A stretch of DNA of 64,000 nucleotides from Basidiobolus meristosporus CBS 931.73 (taxonomy: Eukaryota; Fungi; Basidiobolomycota): positions 62,001 through 126,000 of the forward strand of contig MCFE01000191.1 of the NCBI GenBank assembly GCA_002104905.1, given 5' to 3'. A program made the translations under genes and the position numbers. Below, in pieces: positions 10,605 to 22,139 of the stretch; the stretch's first letter is position 1, and each line of letters opens with the position of its first letter. Under the pieces are notes generated by a model that was not told where the DNA came from, made no database searches, and was given only the letters and a program-made list of their open reading frames with translations.

Positions 10605-13600
10605 GCGCAAGCAATACACATGATACAAAGCTAAATGTTGCAGCAGCGTAGATCAGATATAGGCAAAGAACCTGTGAAAATTTCACCAGATTTGATTGGC
10701 TGGTTCAAAAGTTACATGCAATCAAAGTCACCATAGTAATCCTAGCAATAGTGGCCTAGTATATATAATAATTAGACTCTTTTGGTCATAACTCCTTAAG
10801 TACAGCTTCAAATGAGCTGTGATCTGAAACATGTGTTGGCTACTGCATGTTCTGTATGACATAATATTCTTGGGTGGATTGCTAGTCAGGGTCTGGAGTA
10901 TTTGTCCTTTAAAGTTGGAATTTCTTGATCTTTCACTTGTGTGCTACAATAGCAAAATAAAGAAATGAGTGCAATATTGATTTTGAGATATTGTAGTAAT
11001 GGAATACCTTCCATTACCACAGAAGGTTCTAAGAGCATGTGTAAAAAGATTGGGGCTGTTTGGATAACTTTGAGAATTTTCAAGTTCTGGGTACCTGGTC
11101 TCTGGTGAAAATGCTCTGGGTAAATCCCAACAAGAAATTTGGTCAGTATTCTCTAGAATTTGAAGGAAATGATCTAGGTGACTAAGTTAGGTGAATATTT
11201 AGATGGAATTACAAATTCTTACAACATAAAAAGCTTTCTTAACCATATTGCTTCTTGATAGCATCACAGGCTGCCATATGCTCTGCCTCTGTGGTGGAAA
11301 GTACTACAGTTGGTTGCCTTCTTGAATTCCATGAAATTGCTCCTTAACAGTAAAGAAAGGTGTATTTCTTGAGCTCCATGAAATTGCTCCTTTACAGTAA
11401 AGAAAGGTGTAACTTGTGGTGGATCTTCTGTCAACCAAATTTTGTCCCCAATCTGCATCAGAGTATCCCACAAGATCCTGTTCTGAATCCTTATAAGTGT
11501 ATCTTAAGCAGATATCAGCAGTTCCTTTTAGGTATCTAAAAATCCGCTTAACTGCTGCAATATGAACAGATCCATAGTTCTTGTTAAACTGGTTGACAGC
11601 TTCCATTGAATATGAGATATCTGATATGTGCCAAGCATGATATACATCAGACTACCAACTATACACTGATAGGGAAAGTCAGGACTTTCAGATGGCACTA
11701 AGCTCTCTTAATTTGGTTGAGTTGTGACCAAGTTAAGGCTTTTCTCAGTTAAGGTAGCTGCCAGTCTACAGTCTTCCATTTGGCTCTTCTTTAGTATATC
11801 CTGCATATACTTGAACTAACTCAGAGTGATAATCATGGACTTTTGTCTATTGGGAATTCTATCCCTCAGTAGAAACTTAGTTCTTCTAGTTTGGATATCT
11901 TAAACTCTTTAGATGGACTGGATTTAGTCTGTTCCAATGTTTCTAGCTTATTTGCAGCTATAATAAGATCTTACATATATAGAGATAATAGAACAGGATT
12001 TTCTCTATCTGGTTTATATTATATGCTGTAGTCAGCATTACTCCTTTTGAAACTGAAAAATTACAAACAAGAATCTATCTTGAAATTCCAGGCTCTTGGT
12101 GATTTTTTGAGATCATACAGTAATTTTTTAAGCTTGCAGACCAAATGGGAGTTATCCTGGTCAGCAAACCCTTCAAGCTGGCTCACATACACATTCTCAT
12201 CAGGCCCTCCACTCAAAAATGCAGTTTTCAAATCTAATATATGTATAAAAAACTTGTATTTGGCTGCAATAGCCAATATCAATCTGATGGAATTAAACTT
12301 GGCTACAGGTGCAAAGGTTGCAGTATAGTCAAGTCCTTTTGCTTGAGAGTATCCTTTGGCCACAATTCTTGCTTTGTATCTTACAATTAAATCATCAGCC
12401 TTGTATGTTGTCTTAAAGACCCATCTGCATCCAATTGATTTTTGTAGATTGGTGATTTGACTAAGTCTCAAGTTTGATTTTCCATCATGACTTGATATTG
12501 CTCAGTCCTTGCAGATCTCCAAAACCTTGTTTGAGGGCTATTTACCTTTGGTACTGTTGAGTCTCTATGCCTCACTCTCATTGAAGTAGCCAAAGATTAT
12601 GCAGTTTACACTTTTTGGCTCAAATTTTGACAGATTTCCAGGCAGTTTATTGGCATATGCTGTACACCCAAATATTCTTAGATGTTCTGCACTTGGGCTG
12701 TATTCATACTATGCTTGAAATAGAGTAAACTCACAAAGTTGTCCTTATTACTCCAATTTTTAAGGTATACAGCAATGGCAACTGCTTCTGCCCAAAAATC
12801 ATAGAATAATTTTTGATCATGGTCATAGATCTTACCATATCAATTATTGATCTGTTTGCATGTTCTACTACCCCATTTTACTATAAGGAGTATGGTACAG
12901 TAGTCTCTTGCTTTATCCCATGAATTTTGCAGGAGTGGATGAAGAGTTTGGAGGTATATTCTCCACTATTGTCAAAGCATATTTTCTTGATTTTTTCACC
13001 TGTTTCTCTCTCCACCATGGCTTTGAACTCCCTGAGCATAGACAGAACTCCTTTCTTTCTCCCTACAAAGTAAACCCACATGTATCTTCTATAATTATCA
13101 ATAATGGTGACTAAATACTTCATCCCACCTAAGGATTAATTTTGCATAGGTCCATGCAGATCTGAATAAATCAGATATATTTTTTCTTAGTTTAGAGTAA
13201 ACCAGAGCTCTTGAAGAGTTGTCTGGCTTGTGTCCATCAAATGCAGGCTTTGCAGTGCTCCAAACCAGCTAAGAGATCAATATCTACTCTGGAAATTAGC
13301 TGATCTTTGATCATTTTGCACAAATAACCAAAATTGATGTGTCCAAATCTCCTGTGCCAAAGCATTGATATTTCTTCATTTGGGTTACCTATATTGGCTT
13401 CCTGATATGATGGAGCTTAAGGTAACTTGTATAGATTATGATCTCTGATAACCAAAGCAATATGGCACCATTTGATCAGCAATCCTGCATCCAGAATTGT
13501 CAAAGCTGAAACTGAGTCCTCCTGCAGTGGCCTTGATTATAGATGGTAGGTTCTTGACAGTTTCTGGTACACAGAGTACTTTGATGAAGATCAGTGTATG

Positions 13601-13637
13601 GCTTCCATAGTAATGGAAAGTATTCCATTACTACCAT

Positions 13638-14371
13638 AGACTTGTTCCGTTGGATAGTGCCACATTGAGCCATGAGTGCCAAATGATGCCATAGTGTGCC
13701 CAAGAGGTCAAGTGAGCCTATACTTGGCTACAGAGTGTGAAACATAGCTCTGCATCTTCATGTAAAGCAGCCCCTGTGTTTCACCCATTGCGCAGGAGAA
13801 AATCCATTTTTTGACCTTTTTTTGTGGATCAATGTAGCTCAGGATGTGTAAGAGCATAGGAGAACTGAAGATATGCATCTGGTACTCAATACCCATGGCA
13901 CTCTGAATCTAGCTCCTGTAGCTTGTATCATGTCACAAAAATGAATGGCACTATCTTGGTCCACTGGTACTATCTGGCACTATATTTAAATATTAGCCCT
14001 AAAGTAAGATCTATACAAAGCACTTATAGTGCCAGATAGTACCAGTGGACCAAGATAGTGCCATTCATTTTTGTGACATGATACAAGCTACAGGAGCTAG
14101 ATTCAGAGTGCCATGGGTATTGAGTACCAGATGCATATCTTCAATCTGCTTGTGCTCTAACACATCCTGAGCTACATTGATCAACAAAAAAAGGTCAAAA
14201 AATGGATTTTCTCCAACACAATGGGTGAAACACAGGGGCTGCTTTGCATGAAGATGCAGAGCTATCTTTCACACTCTGTGGCCAGGTAAAGGCTCAATTG
14301 GCCTCCCTGGCACACTATGGCATCATTTGGCACTCATGGCTCAATGTGGCACTATCCAACGGAACAAGTCT
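13638..14371. mobile_element. Foldback MITE 'B' (about 346-bp inverted arms, about 42-bp spacer)
   Basis: Arms 13638-13983 and 14026-14371; ends AGACTTGTTCC...GGAACAAGTCT; TSD CAT/AAT, and the empty site in other LTR-D copies reads CTAC-AAT-ATCTC. Confidence 0.92.
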
Positions 14372-14580
14372 AATATCTCTAAACCAATATTGCACTCAAT
14401 TCTTTATTTTGCTTTTTGCTATCATAACACAAAAGTGAAAGATCAAGAGTTTCCAACTTTGAAGGACAAATACTCCGGACCCTGACTAGTAATCCACTCA
14501 AGAATATTATGTCATACAGAACATGTAGTGGCCAACACATGTTTCCAATCACAGCTCATTTGAAGCAGTACAATTGCCCA

Positions 14581-15179
14581 CAAGACTCATCTGAGACAGG
14601 TTCCTGGATTCAAAAGCATCCCATATTTCTTTATAATGGACGTTGTCTTTGCCAACACCTAAAAATTTTTCAGAGACAAAATCTAAACTGTATGTTTTGA
14701 GTTTAAAATGTTTAAAGTAAAGCATTAGATCAACAATAAGGCAACCATCCATTTCCACTTTGCAATAAGTGTTATAACCATATGCGCTACTTTCCCAATC
14801 TACATCAACTAAGTTAGTATAGCCATTAGTAAGTCAAGACATATTTTGGAGAGGTTCTAAACAAAAGCTTAATCGTTCAAAGACATATTTAAAATCAAAG
14901 CCATAAATGTTGTATCCAGTAATAATATCAGGATCCAAAGTTTGGATGAGAGAGCAAAACTTTTGAAGAAGTTCAACCCTGGCAGAGAAAAAAAGTTTGG
15001 TGACATTATCATAGGTGGGATCATCAAAAGGTTGATTGCCAATAAAGAGGAGATAATTGTCAAGTTTGCCAGACATGTAATTGGTCATAACAATACTAAT
15101 CATCTCAAGCTTATCACCAGGTTTGTAAGTTTGGGCATTCCACATTTGGCAGAGACCATACATCTATATCAAATTGCTC
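14581..15179 (-). pseudogene. polB: Fragment of a family-B DNA polymerase 3'-5' exonuclease domain, virus (NCLDV)-like
   Basis: FDID (Exo I, 15173-15162); after a frameshift KPGDKLEMISI...DPDIITGYNIYGFDFKYVFERL (Exo II); an in-frame TGA; then DWESSAYGYN...DGCLIVDLM...KLKTYSLDFVSEKFLGVGKDNV...SLVG, ending just before Exo III. Confidence 0.85.
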
Positions 15180-15418
15180 TTTGATCCTTCAGAGTTTTCA
15201 TATATATGACTTCCCCAGCTGAAAAATAAAGGGAGAGCCTCTCTTTCCAGAATCTCCACACTACGATTACAAGTTTAAAGGTTATAAGACTTCCCCTGCA
15301 TCACTTGCACTGCTGAGTATTCTGACTTTGATCAGTACTACATCAGTAATGAGACTGCAAAGCTCACAAGAATCCAATCTAAGTTCTACAAGAAACTACC
15401 ACATTTCTGTCGGAAAAG

Positions 15419-15682
15419 TCCCCTCTAAGAAGCCCCTTTACCCTAAAGACACCCCTTTAGACACCCCTTTACTCTAAAGACCCCTTTAGAGACCCCTTTA
15501 GGGACCCCTTTAAGAAACCCCTTCACTCTAAAGAAGCCCCTTTAGGCACCCCTTTAGTATGAAGTCCACTTTAGAGACCACTACAAGAAGCCCCTTTACT
15601 CTAAAGACACCCCTTTAGACACCCCTTTAGGTCTAAAGACCCCTTTAGAGACTTCTACAACACACCTCTTAGGTTAAAGGGG
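15419..15682. repeat. C-run minisatellite inside LTR-D
   Basis: Same array as 6801-7053 with a different unit count. Confidence 0.9.
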
Positions 15683-17180
15683 AGTTAAGAATTTTCACAT
15701 TAGGAATTATTTTCTCAGAAAGGAAAGTGACTTCCAAATAAGAAAATGTTACTACAAAAGTAAATAAGCCCATTAGTCAACAGCAGGTCAGAACACTGCT
15801 GTGGAAGTGATAAACACTGCCTACAGTATATTTTGAGCCTAAGATTGAGGAAATTAGTGAAAGTTATATCTTCTATTGGTATATCAAACTCCCAATTAAC
15901 TATTTCAGTATTAGCATACTGGAAGTTGTTGCATATTGTTGATTAGCCTCTACGTTGTAGAACAAGCCCAAACTAATCAAAATACAACACAACACTTTGT
16001 TTGCTGCTTTTAAGGTTTACTTGTATAGTCCCTCCCCCCACTGTATCAAGAGTTCTATTTTTGCTTATGATGACTTTGTTAGTTGGAATTTCTTTATATT
16101 AGGTAAAGTTTTTTTGGTGTGTAAAGTGTTGAGATACTCCAGAGTCAGTAAGTGCATCTGAAATTCTTGTTTGTGGACATATCTGGTGCAGATATGAATA
16201 GTCCATCTTCTGCAATTGCAGCATTTCTATATTCAGGCTTTTTCTGCTGACTGTCTTACTTTTTGAAGCACCAGTCTGGTGTATGTCCTTTTATTTTGCA
16301 GTAGTTGCAAAACAGGTTGCTGTTGCCTTTGTAGGGTTATGGTTACCTTCTTTGTTGGTTATAACTTCTGATTAAAGCATCTTCGTTGTTCTTATTGGTG
16401 CTTGATCTTCTGTATTCTCTATTGAGAAGCCTTCCATAGACATAATATAAGGTCATATCTTCAGTTCTGGACTTTATGGCTTATACAAGGCCCTGAAACT
16501 TCTGTCAGACTATTCAGGATGGTAACTATCACATCCCCATCAGTAGCTGGGACACCCACAGATTCCATCTCATCCACCAGCAGGGAAAATCTGTTAGTTA
16601 AATTTTTCATTTCATCTCCTGGCAGCATCTTTGTAGTAAAGAATTTTTGTCTCAGATATATTTTCTTAACAGCTGAACATGACTAATGGGTGTCTTCTAA
16701 TGCTTTCCAGGCATTCTTTGCCGTTTTTGTTCTTGAGCATTGAATCCGCGTTTTGTCCTTGACATCAAGGCAAATGCAGTTAAAGGCACTTTGTTATCTT
16801 TTCTGGTACTTTCAGTTTTGGGCTCATGACCAGTTGTAAGAGTTTTGTCAATATTAGAAGTGAGTTGGGAGGATAAGTAGATTATGTGGTTTTCACATAA
16901 TGATTTATTGAATGTAAAGTATTATTTATACTTTTACAAGGTCTTGGCATAACAAACACAAAGAATAGGTTTAGGAAGGTCCCAAGAACATGTGAGTAAA
17001 GTTTGAGGTTGATTGGACAAACTTGAGAATTTTCATGTTCTGGGTACCTGGTGTTTTGGTGAAAATCCTCTAGGTAAATCCCAACAAGAAGTTTGGTCAG
17101 TATTCTCTAGAATTTGAAGGGAATAATTTAAGTGACTAAGTTAGGTCAATATTTAGATGGAGTTACAAGTTCTTACTACA

Positions 17181-17580
17181 TAAGATGCTTTCTTAACCAT
17201 ATTGCTTCTTTGATAGCATCACAGGCTGCCATATACTCTGCCTCTGTGGTGGAAAGTACTACAGTAGGTTGCCTTCTTGAATTCCATGAAGTTGCTCCTT
17301 TACAGTAAAGAAAGGTGAAGCCTGTGATGGATCTTCTGTCCTCCAAATTTTGTCCCCAATTTGCATCAGAGTATCCCACAAGATCCTGTTCTGAATCCTT
17401 TTAAGTGTATTTTAAGCAGATATCAGCAGTTCCTTTTAGGTATTTTAAAATCTGCTTAGCTGCTGCAATATGAACTGATTCATAGTTCTTGTTAAACTGG
17501 CTGACAGCTTCCACCAAATATGAGATATCTGATATGTGCCAAGCAAGATATACATCAGACTACCAACTATACACTGATAA
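17181..17580 (-). pseudogene. pol: Copia-A end of RT and start of RNase H, truncated at the LTR
   Basis: ORF 17176-17379 (GYSDANWG...EAEYMA...WLRK). Confidence 0.88.
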
Positions 17581-17609
17581 GAAAGTCATCAATGTGGTAG
17601 ATGTGTCAA

Positions 17610-18893
17610 GTTGGCATTAGTGATTGACCTCTGGGTAAATTTTCCTACAATGTCAACAGATGACTCTCAGTGCTTCCAATGTACCACTGGTAACAATAGT
17701 CTCAGAAGGCCACTTGAATAAATAAATATCCAGTACAACCAGTCCTTGCACTTTTATAGCTACATATGTGTATGAATATGGAGTGGAGCTAATGAGAAGT
17801 ACTATTGGTAGCAGATTGTCTATAATATCCTGCCAGTTCTTTGAAGTCTCTCTGGTATCTCAAAGCGCTCATGTAGATTGATATGCTCCATGTACAACTT
17901 AGTCATTAGTACAGGGATATTATTGAAGAGGAAATGCATTGCTTCCAGTGGAAAGCTTTTGCTCCAACAGATACCCACTATATTGAGTATCTCTGGTTTT
18001 TGATTAATTTCATATTCCAGCCAATGGATTAAAGCTTGTCAGCTTTGCTGCAATTGCTTGCTAACCTCTGTACATCTTCTCTGTTGAGAAATGATGCTCT
18101 TAGTGCGGGTGTTTGGGTATAATAATATGTGTGAGTTATGGAGTATATCCCCTGGATCTCTCATATTCAACAGCAATACCATCCAATGTGTCCAGAAAAG
18201 TAGGCTATCTGGATGATGGCTAGGTATCTCCAGTGCATTTAATAACTTGCACTGTGAAATGATGGCCACTTACTACTATCCCACTGCAAGCATACAAATT
18301 TCATCCAGCAGTAGATATATGTGGCTATCAAGATTAGATGGTGATTTAGGCTCCAATACCAGTGAGACTACCACTTGATTTCTGCTCTACTACAGTGACA
18401 TAGGTGGTAGATTCAGGTTGATTAGAATCCATGGCCAGTAGGAATTGGTGGTAGAATACTTGTTTATTAAGAATACATCAAGTTCAGGGTAAGCAGATGG
18501 TAATATATACCTTGAAAGTAGGCTTTGCTTCTTAGTTGTTCCAAGATTTGCCATTCACAATGTTGGTAATATGTGTGCTTAATTGATTCTGGGCATGTTA
18601 ATTTATAGCTTCACAATATTTGTTTGAAACATGTGCTTCTCTACATGGGGTATTTCTGGAATATATGTGCAGTGTGAGCAATGTCTTCCTTCTATGGTAG
18701 TGGATTCCAAAGAAGTTAGACACCTTGCAATGGTGGCATCTTCTGATGTGAATGCCATGCAACTTTTGACACATGTTAGTATCAGGATGGGCTCTAGGTC
18801 ATATGTTGCCAGCTGTGTCACAGTTGTCCGTTTGTACCATCCACAAGGTAAGTTGCATCTGGGAATGATTTTGGCACAAAGTAGTAGTAAATC
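17610..18893 (-). pseudogene. CACTA/Tnp2-family transposase, decayed
   Basis: Minus-strand motifs CVKSCMAFT, WILINLNLPP, EPKSPSNLDS and SFPLEAMHFLFNNI. May continue at 19268-19790 beyond LTR-H. Confidence 0.75.
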
Positions 18894-19262
18894 TGTTGCA
18901 ATTTAAGAAGTGATTTGGATATAAGGAACTTATCAAGAAGTAGTGCTAATAGTTGAACTGTTATTTATTAATAAAGAAGCTCAGTATTTATACCTTTGTA
19001 GAAGTAATAAAGCTGTAACCCCAAGTAAGGAGGGTTTCTCAATATTCAGGAGCATTCTGTAACAGTTTCAGAGTTAGTACATAATGTTTAGTAATAGTGC
19101 TAATTTGATCCTTACTATAGGGGGATAATCATAAGATCATAGATCTGAAGAAAGTGGCAAAGTTAGAGCTGTAAGTTAGTCCCAGTGTGATCAAGACTAG
19201 TCCAGAATTGTTAAGTAAACTTTTAGCTGCTGAGTGATACCAAATAGTTCAATATCTCAACA
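18894..19262 (-). mobile_element. Solo LTR, family H
   Basis: TGTTG...CAACA; TSD AAATC (18889-18893 and 19263-19267). Confidence 0.9.
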
Positions 19263-20049
19263 AAATCCTCAGATCACCCTTTATTGGTACCAGTGGGAAC
19301 ACACTACTACTATAGCCACAACATCACAGTACTCACCAGTAGATAGATTACTGGGTTCACTTGGCCCCATAAGGTATCCTTGGCAATTTTTTCTACAGGT
19401 GTTGTCTCATCACATCTAGGGATCTTGCAGGGCTCATACAGGGCACTGCTATCAGGGCAGACAGTCTCAAAATACATCAATGAGCCTTCTGCTTCAGGAC
19501 TACACTCTGTGTGCCATATTCAGAAGGATGAGGTGTGCCTAAAGGTGTCACAATCTTACCTAACACAGTTTGCCCAAGGCAACAAGTACAGCTAGGTGCC
19601 ATCATAGAAATATCAACTGCTGGCAATACATTGTTGGTACAGTGGTGACTCATAGAAAGGCAAATATCACCTGTGTGGAAAAACACTGGTTGTGATCCTA
19701 GTAATACTTGCTATGCTGGCAATGTGGTTTGCATCTGAGAGGCTGGTTACAGTAGCCACATGTTTTTTTTCTCTTCTCTCATGACATTAAATCTAGGTGG
19801 AGTTCTCCATAGGGCTAGCAATTTGACAATCAACAATGTAACACTGTTATATCTCTTTTCTGTCAATACTTGTGTGTGTTTAAAAGAGTCTTGAATTTGA
19901 GACAATGCACCTTAATGAATGTAAGATTTAATGATGACTCTCCATAGTGGGGCTCATATATGAAGTTGTGGAACCTCATACACATGTATAATGAACTCTA
20001 TTCCACCTTAGTTTAACTAACTTCCATAGATATACCACCAAAAAAAAGT

Positions 20050-20620
20050 AAGGTTGTCTGGTTGCCTACAAAAACCTACTGCAGACAGCAGCAGAAGAAC
20101 AGTTAGTCAACAACTTGCTTTGGCATCCACTGCAGCAAGCAGGCCTACATCCAAAAAGGTCATGCTGACTGTGTGCCCTGTGAAGGTAATAGAGTGGACT
20201 CCTCAGTTGGTAGGAGCCCTAGAGCTTTACAACACTGTTCATTCACTGATACCCATATGTCCTGGTCCTCAGCTAGCACTACAAGGTCCAGCACCTCATC
20301 TGCCTGTCTTTGAAACAAATCCTTGTAATTTGAAGTGTGTTTTCTTGAGTACTGCTCTTGAAGAAGTGCTGCAACCTCTTGGTATGCCTTGTAATGTTCC
20401 CAAAGTGCACTTTAAGCATTGTGATTGTCATTTGAGTTCTTCACAATGTTGCTTTGTCTGCCAGTGGGATATCCCCACTGCCTGCAATGGATGACATAGA
20501 GGCAGTGATAGATAAATTGCTGTTCTCTGCAAACTCATCTAACTCACTGGTGAGCTGCTAAAGTAGCCTGGCAAGATCCCATTTTGCAATGTGACAACAC
20601 CCATTGAAAAAAATGCTGAG
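20050..20620 (-). repeat. Dispersed repeat family I fragment
   Basis: Reverse complement aligns with about 35650-36050 and 49700-49980; boundaries approximate. Confidence 0.65.
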
Positions 20621-20769
20621 GATGCTCCATGAATTCAAGTAAGGCCTGTAATCCATTGACTGGTAAATGCTGTGATGTTGTGGCTAGAGAGTTGGTGCAT
20701 TTACATTGATATCAGTAATGGGAGCTTTGAGGATTTGATACTACTTCTAGCCAACATCATACTTGAAAG

Positions 20770-21146
20770 CTATCTGGCAATATTTAAATATTAGCCCTAA
20801 AGTAAGGCCTATACCAAGCACTTATAATATCAGATGTAGACTGATAGTGCCATGCAGTTTTGTGACATGATACAAGCCACAGGAGCTAGATTTGCAGTGC
20901 CATGAATATTGTGTATCAGATGCATTTCTTCAATCCTTTTGTGCTTTTACACATTCTGCACAACATTGACCCAAAAGAAAATTTTCCCCTGCACTTTTGG
21001 TGAGACAAATGGGCTGCTTTGCATGAAGATGAAGAGCTATGTTTCAAGCCCTGTGGCCAAGTATAGGTTCTCTTGGCCTCCCTGGCACTCTATGGCATCA
21101 TTTGGCACTAATGGCTCAATGTGGCACTATCCAACAGAACAAGTCT
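20770..21146. mobile_element. Half MITE-B (spacer plus one arm)
   Basis: Spacer ATTTAAATATTAGCCCTAAAG followed by an arm ending AGAACAAGTCT. Confidence 0.85.
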
Positions 21147-21309
21147 GATACAAAGCTTGCACAAATAAGTGTCAAAATGCACCTAAGAGGGGTACTAGAA
21201 TCCAGCATGGAGAAGGAATATATTTTCTAAATACCAAAAAGTTCTTTGTGAATATTCAGGTGACATTCATGGCAGAAGTGGCAGTAACCAAGCATTTATT
21301 TATTTATAA

Positions 21310-21636
21310 AAAGAAATAATCTTAATAGCTCAACTGTTCTTTATTCACAAAGAAGCTCAACATTTATACCTTTGTAGTAATAATGCAACTATAACACTAA
21401 GCAAGGAGAGCTTTGCAACATTCAGGAGCCTTCTGTAACATTTCTGAGTTAGTACAAAATGTTTAGTAAGAGTCCAATTTTAATCTTAATTATAGAGAAG
21501 TAATCATAGGGTCCTAGATCTGAAAGTGAGTGGCAAAGTTAGGGCTTAAAGTGAGTCCTACATTGGCTAAAACTAATCGCAAGCTGTTAAATATCTATAG
21601 CTACTGAAAGATACCATATAATCCAATATCTGAACA
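21310..21636 (-). repeat. LTR-H, partial
   Basis: Collinear with 18930-19262. Confidence 0.75.
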
Positions 21637-22139
21637 GTATCTAGGGGTTTGTTGGGCTAAGACTATGTAAAAGTGGAAAGACTACAGTATATCTAACAGG
21701 CCATAACTGAAGTGCAAGTGCATTGCTCCTGACAGAGATCTTAGGTGCAAGCAGAACATCACTATCCCATATATTTATGGATTCTGATTGAATCAATGCT
21801 ATGGCTGTTGGCTGATTACTTGTCAGCCTTGCTGCATTTAAATGCTGGATCTTGTTGGTTTTTGGTGTGCAAGAATCTTAGTCCTGCTGCTGGTATTTGA
21901 ATAATCAGGATATGCATAAATATCAAAGGATGTCTTTCAAATTCAACACATATAATAGCAATAACATGCATTGTACCTAGAAAAGCTAGCTCCTAGGCTG
22001 ATGGCTGTAGGTGGCTCAGTTCTGTTGGCACTATTACCTCAAAATGATGGCTGTCTTGTATTAACCTGCTTAACTGTATATAAAAGCATGTGCAATGATT
22101 TCAGGTAGCTATGTTTTGATGTACCAACTCAGAGTATTG

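Larger units (their letters stand above)
8578..11021 (-). mobile_element. Solo LTR-D carrying two nested solo LTRs
   Basis: Reverse complement of LTR-D; TSD GAAG (8574-8577 and 11022-11025). Confidence 0.9.
8432..11226 (-). repeat. Copia-A LTR split by LTR-D (pieces 8432-8577 and 11022-11226)
   Basis: The two pieces rejoin into one LTR. Flanked by gag (8340-8431) on the left and truncated RNase H on the right; no TSD. Confidence 0.88.
13606..15994 (+). mobile_element. Solo LTR-D carrying a foldback MITE and a polB fragment
   Basis: LTR-D sequence ending ACAACACAACA; TSD CTTC/CTTT (13602-13605 and 15995-15998); the copia protease sequence rejoins across it. Confidence 0.88.
11227..17180 (-). 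mobile_element. Decayed Copia-A: 5' LTR 16832-17180, PBS, gag-pol, with RNase H truncated at 11227; interrupted by LTR-D
   Basis: PBS remnant GGGCTCATGACC at 16820-16831; minus ORFs 11304-11606, 12061-12471 and 12881-13123; gag and protease DNA at 15995-16810. Confidence 0.88.

Noticed and set aside
13708-13896. Recurrent small ORFs such as MGIEYQMHIFSS... (also 30682-30945, 31152-31403, 54751-55014)
   Set aside because: They recur only because they lie in MITE arms; they vary in length and show no recognisable domain.
13636-14373. Tc1/mariner-type TA duplication around the MITEs
   Set aside because: TA|GAC...GTC|TA looks plausible, but three empty paralogous sites align without gaps only if the ends are AGAC...GTCT with a 3-bp AWT duplication.
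14581-15179. Maverick/Polinton polymerase or a functional host polymerase gene
   Set aside because: The motifs are of the RNA/DNA-primed family-B type, and the piece is a stop- and frameshift-containing 0.6-kb fragment with no flanking gene context.
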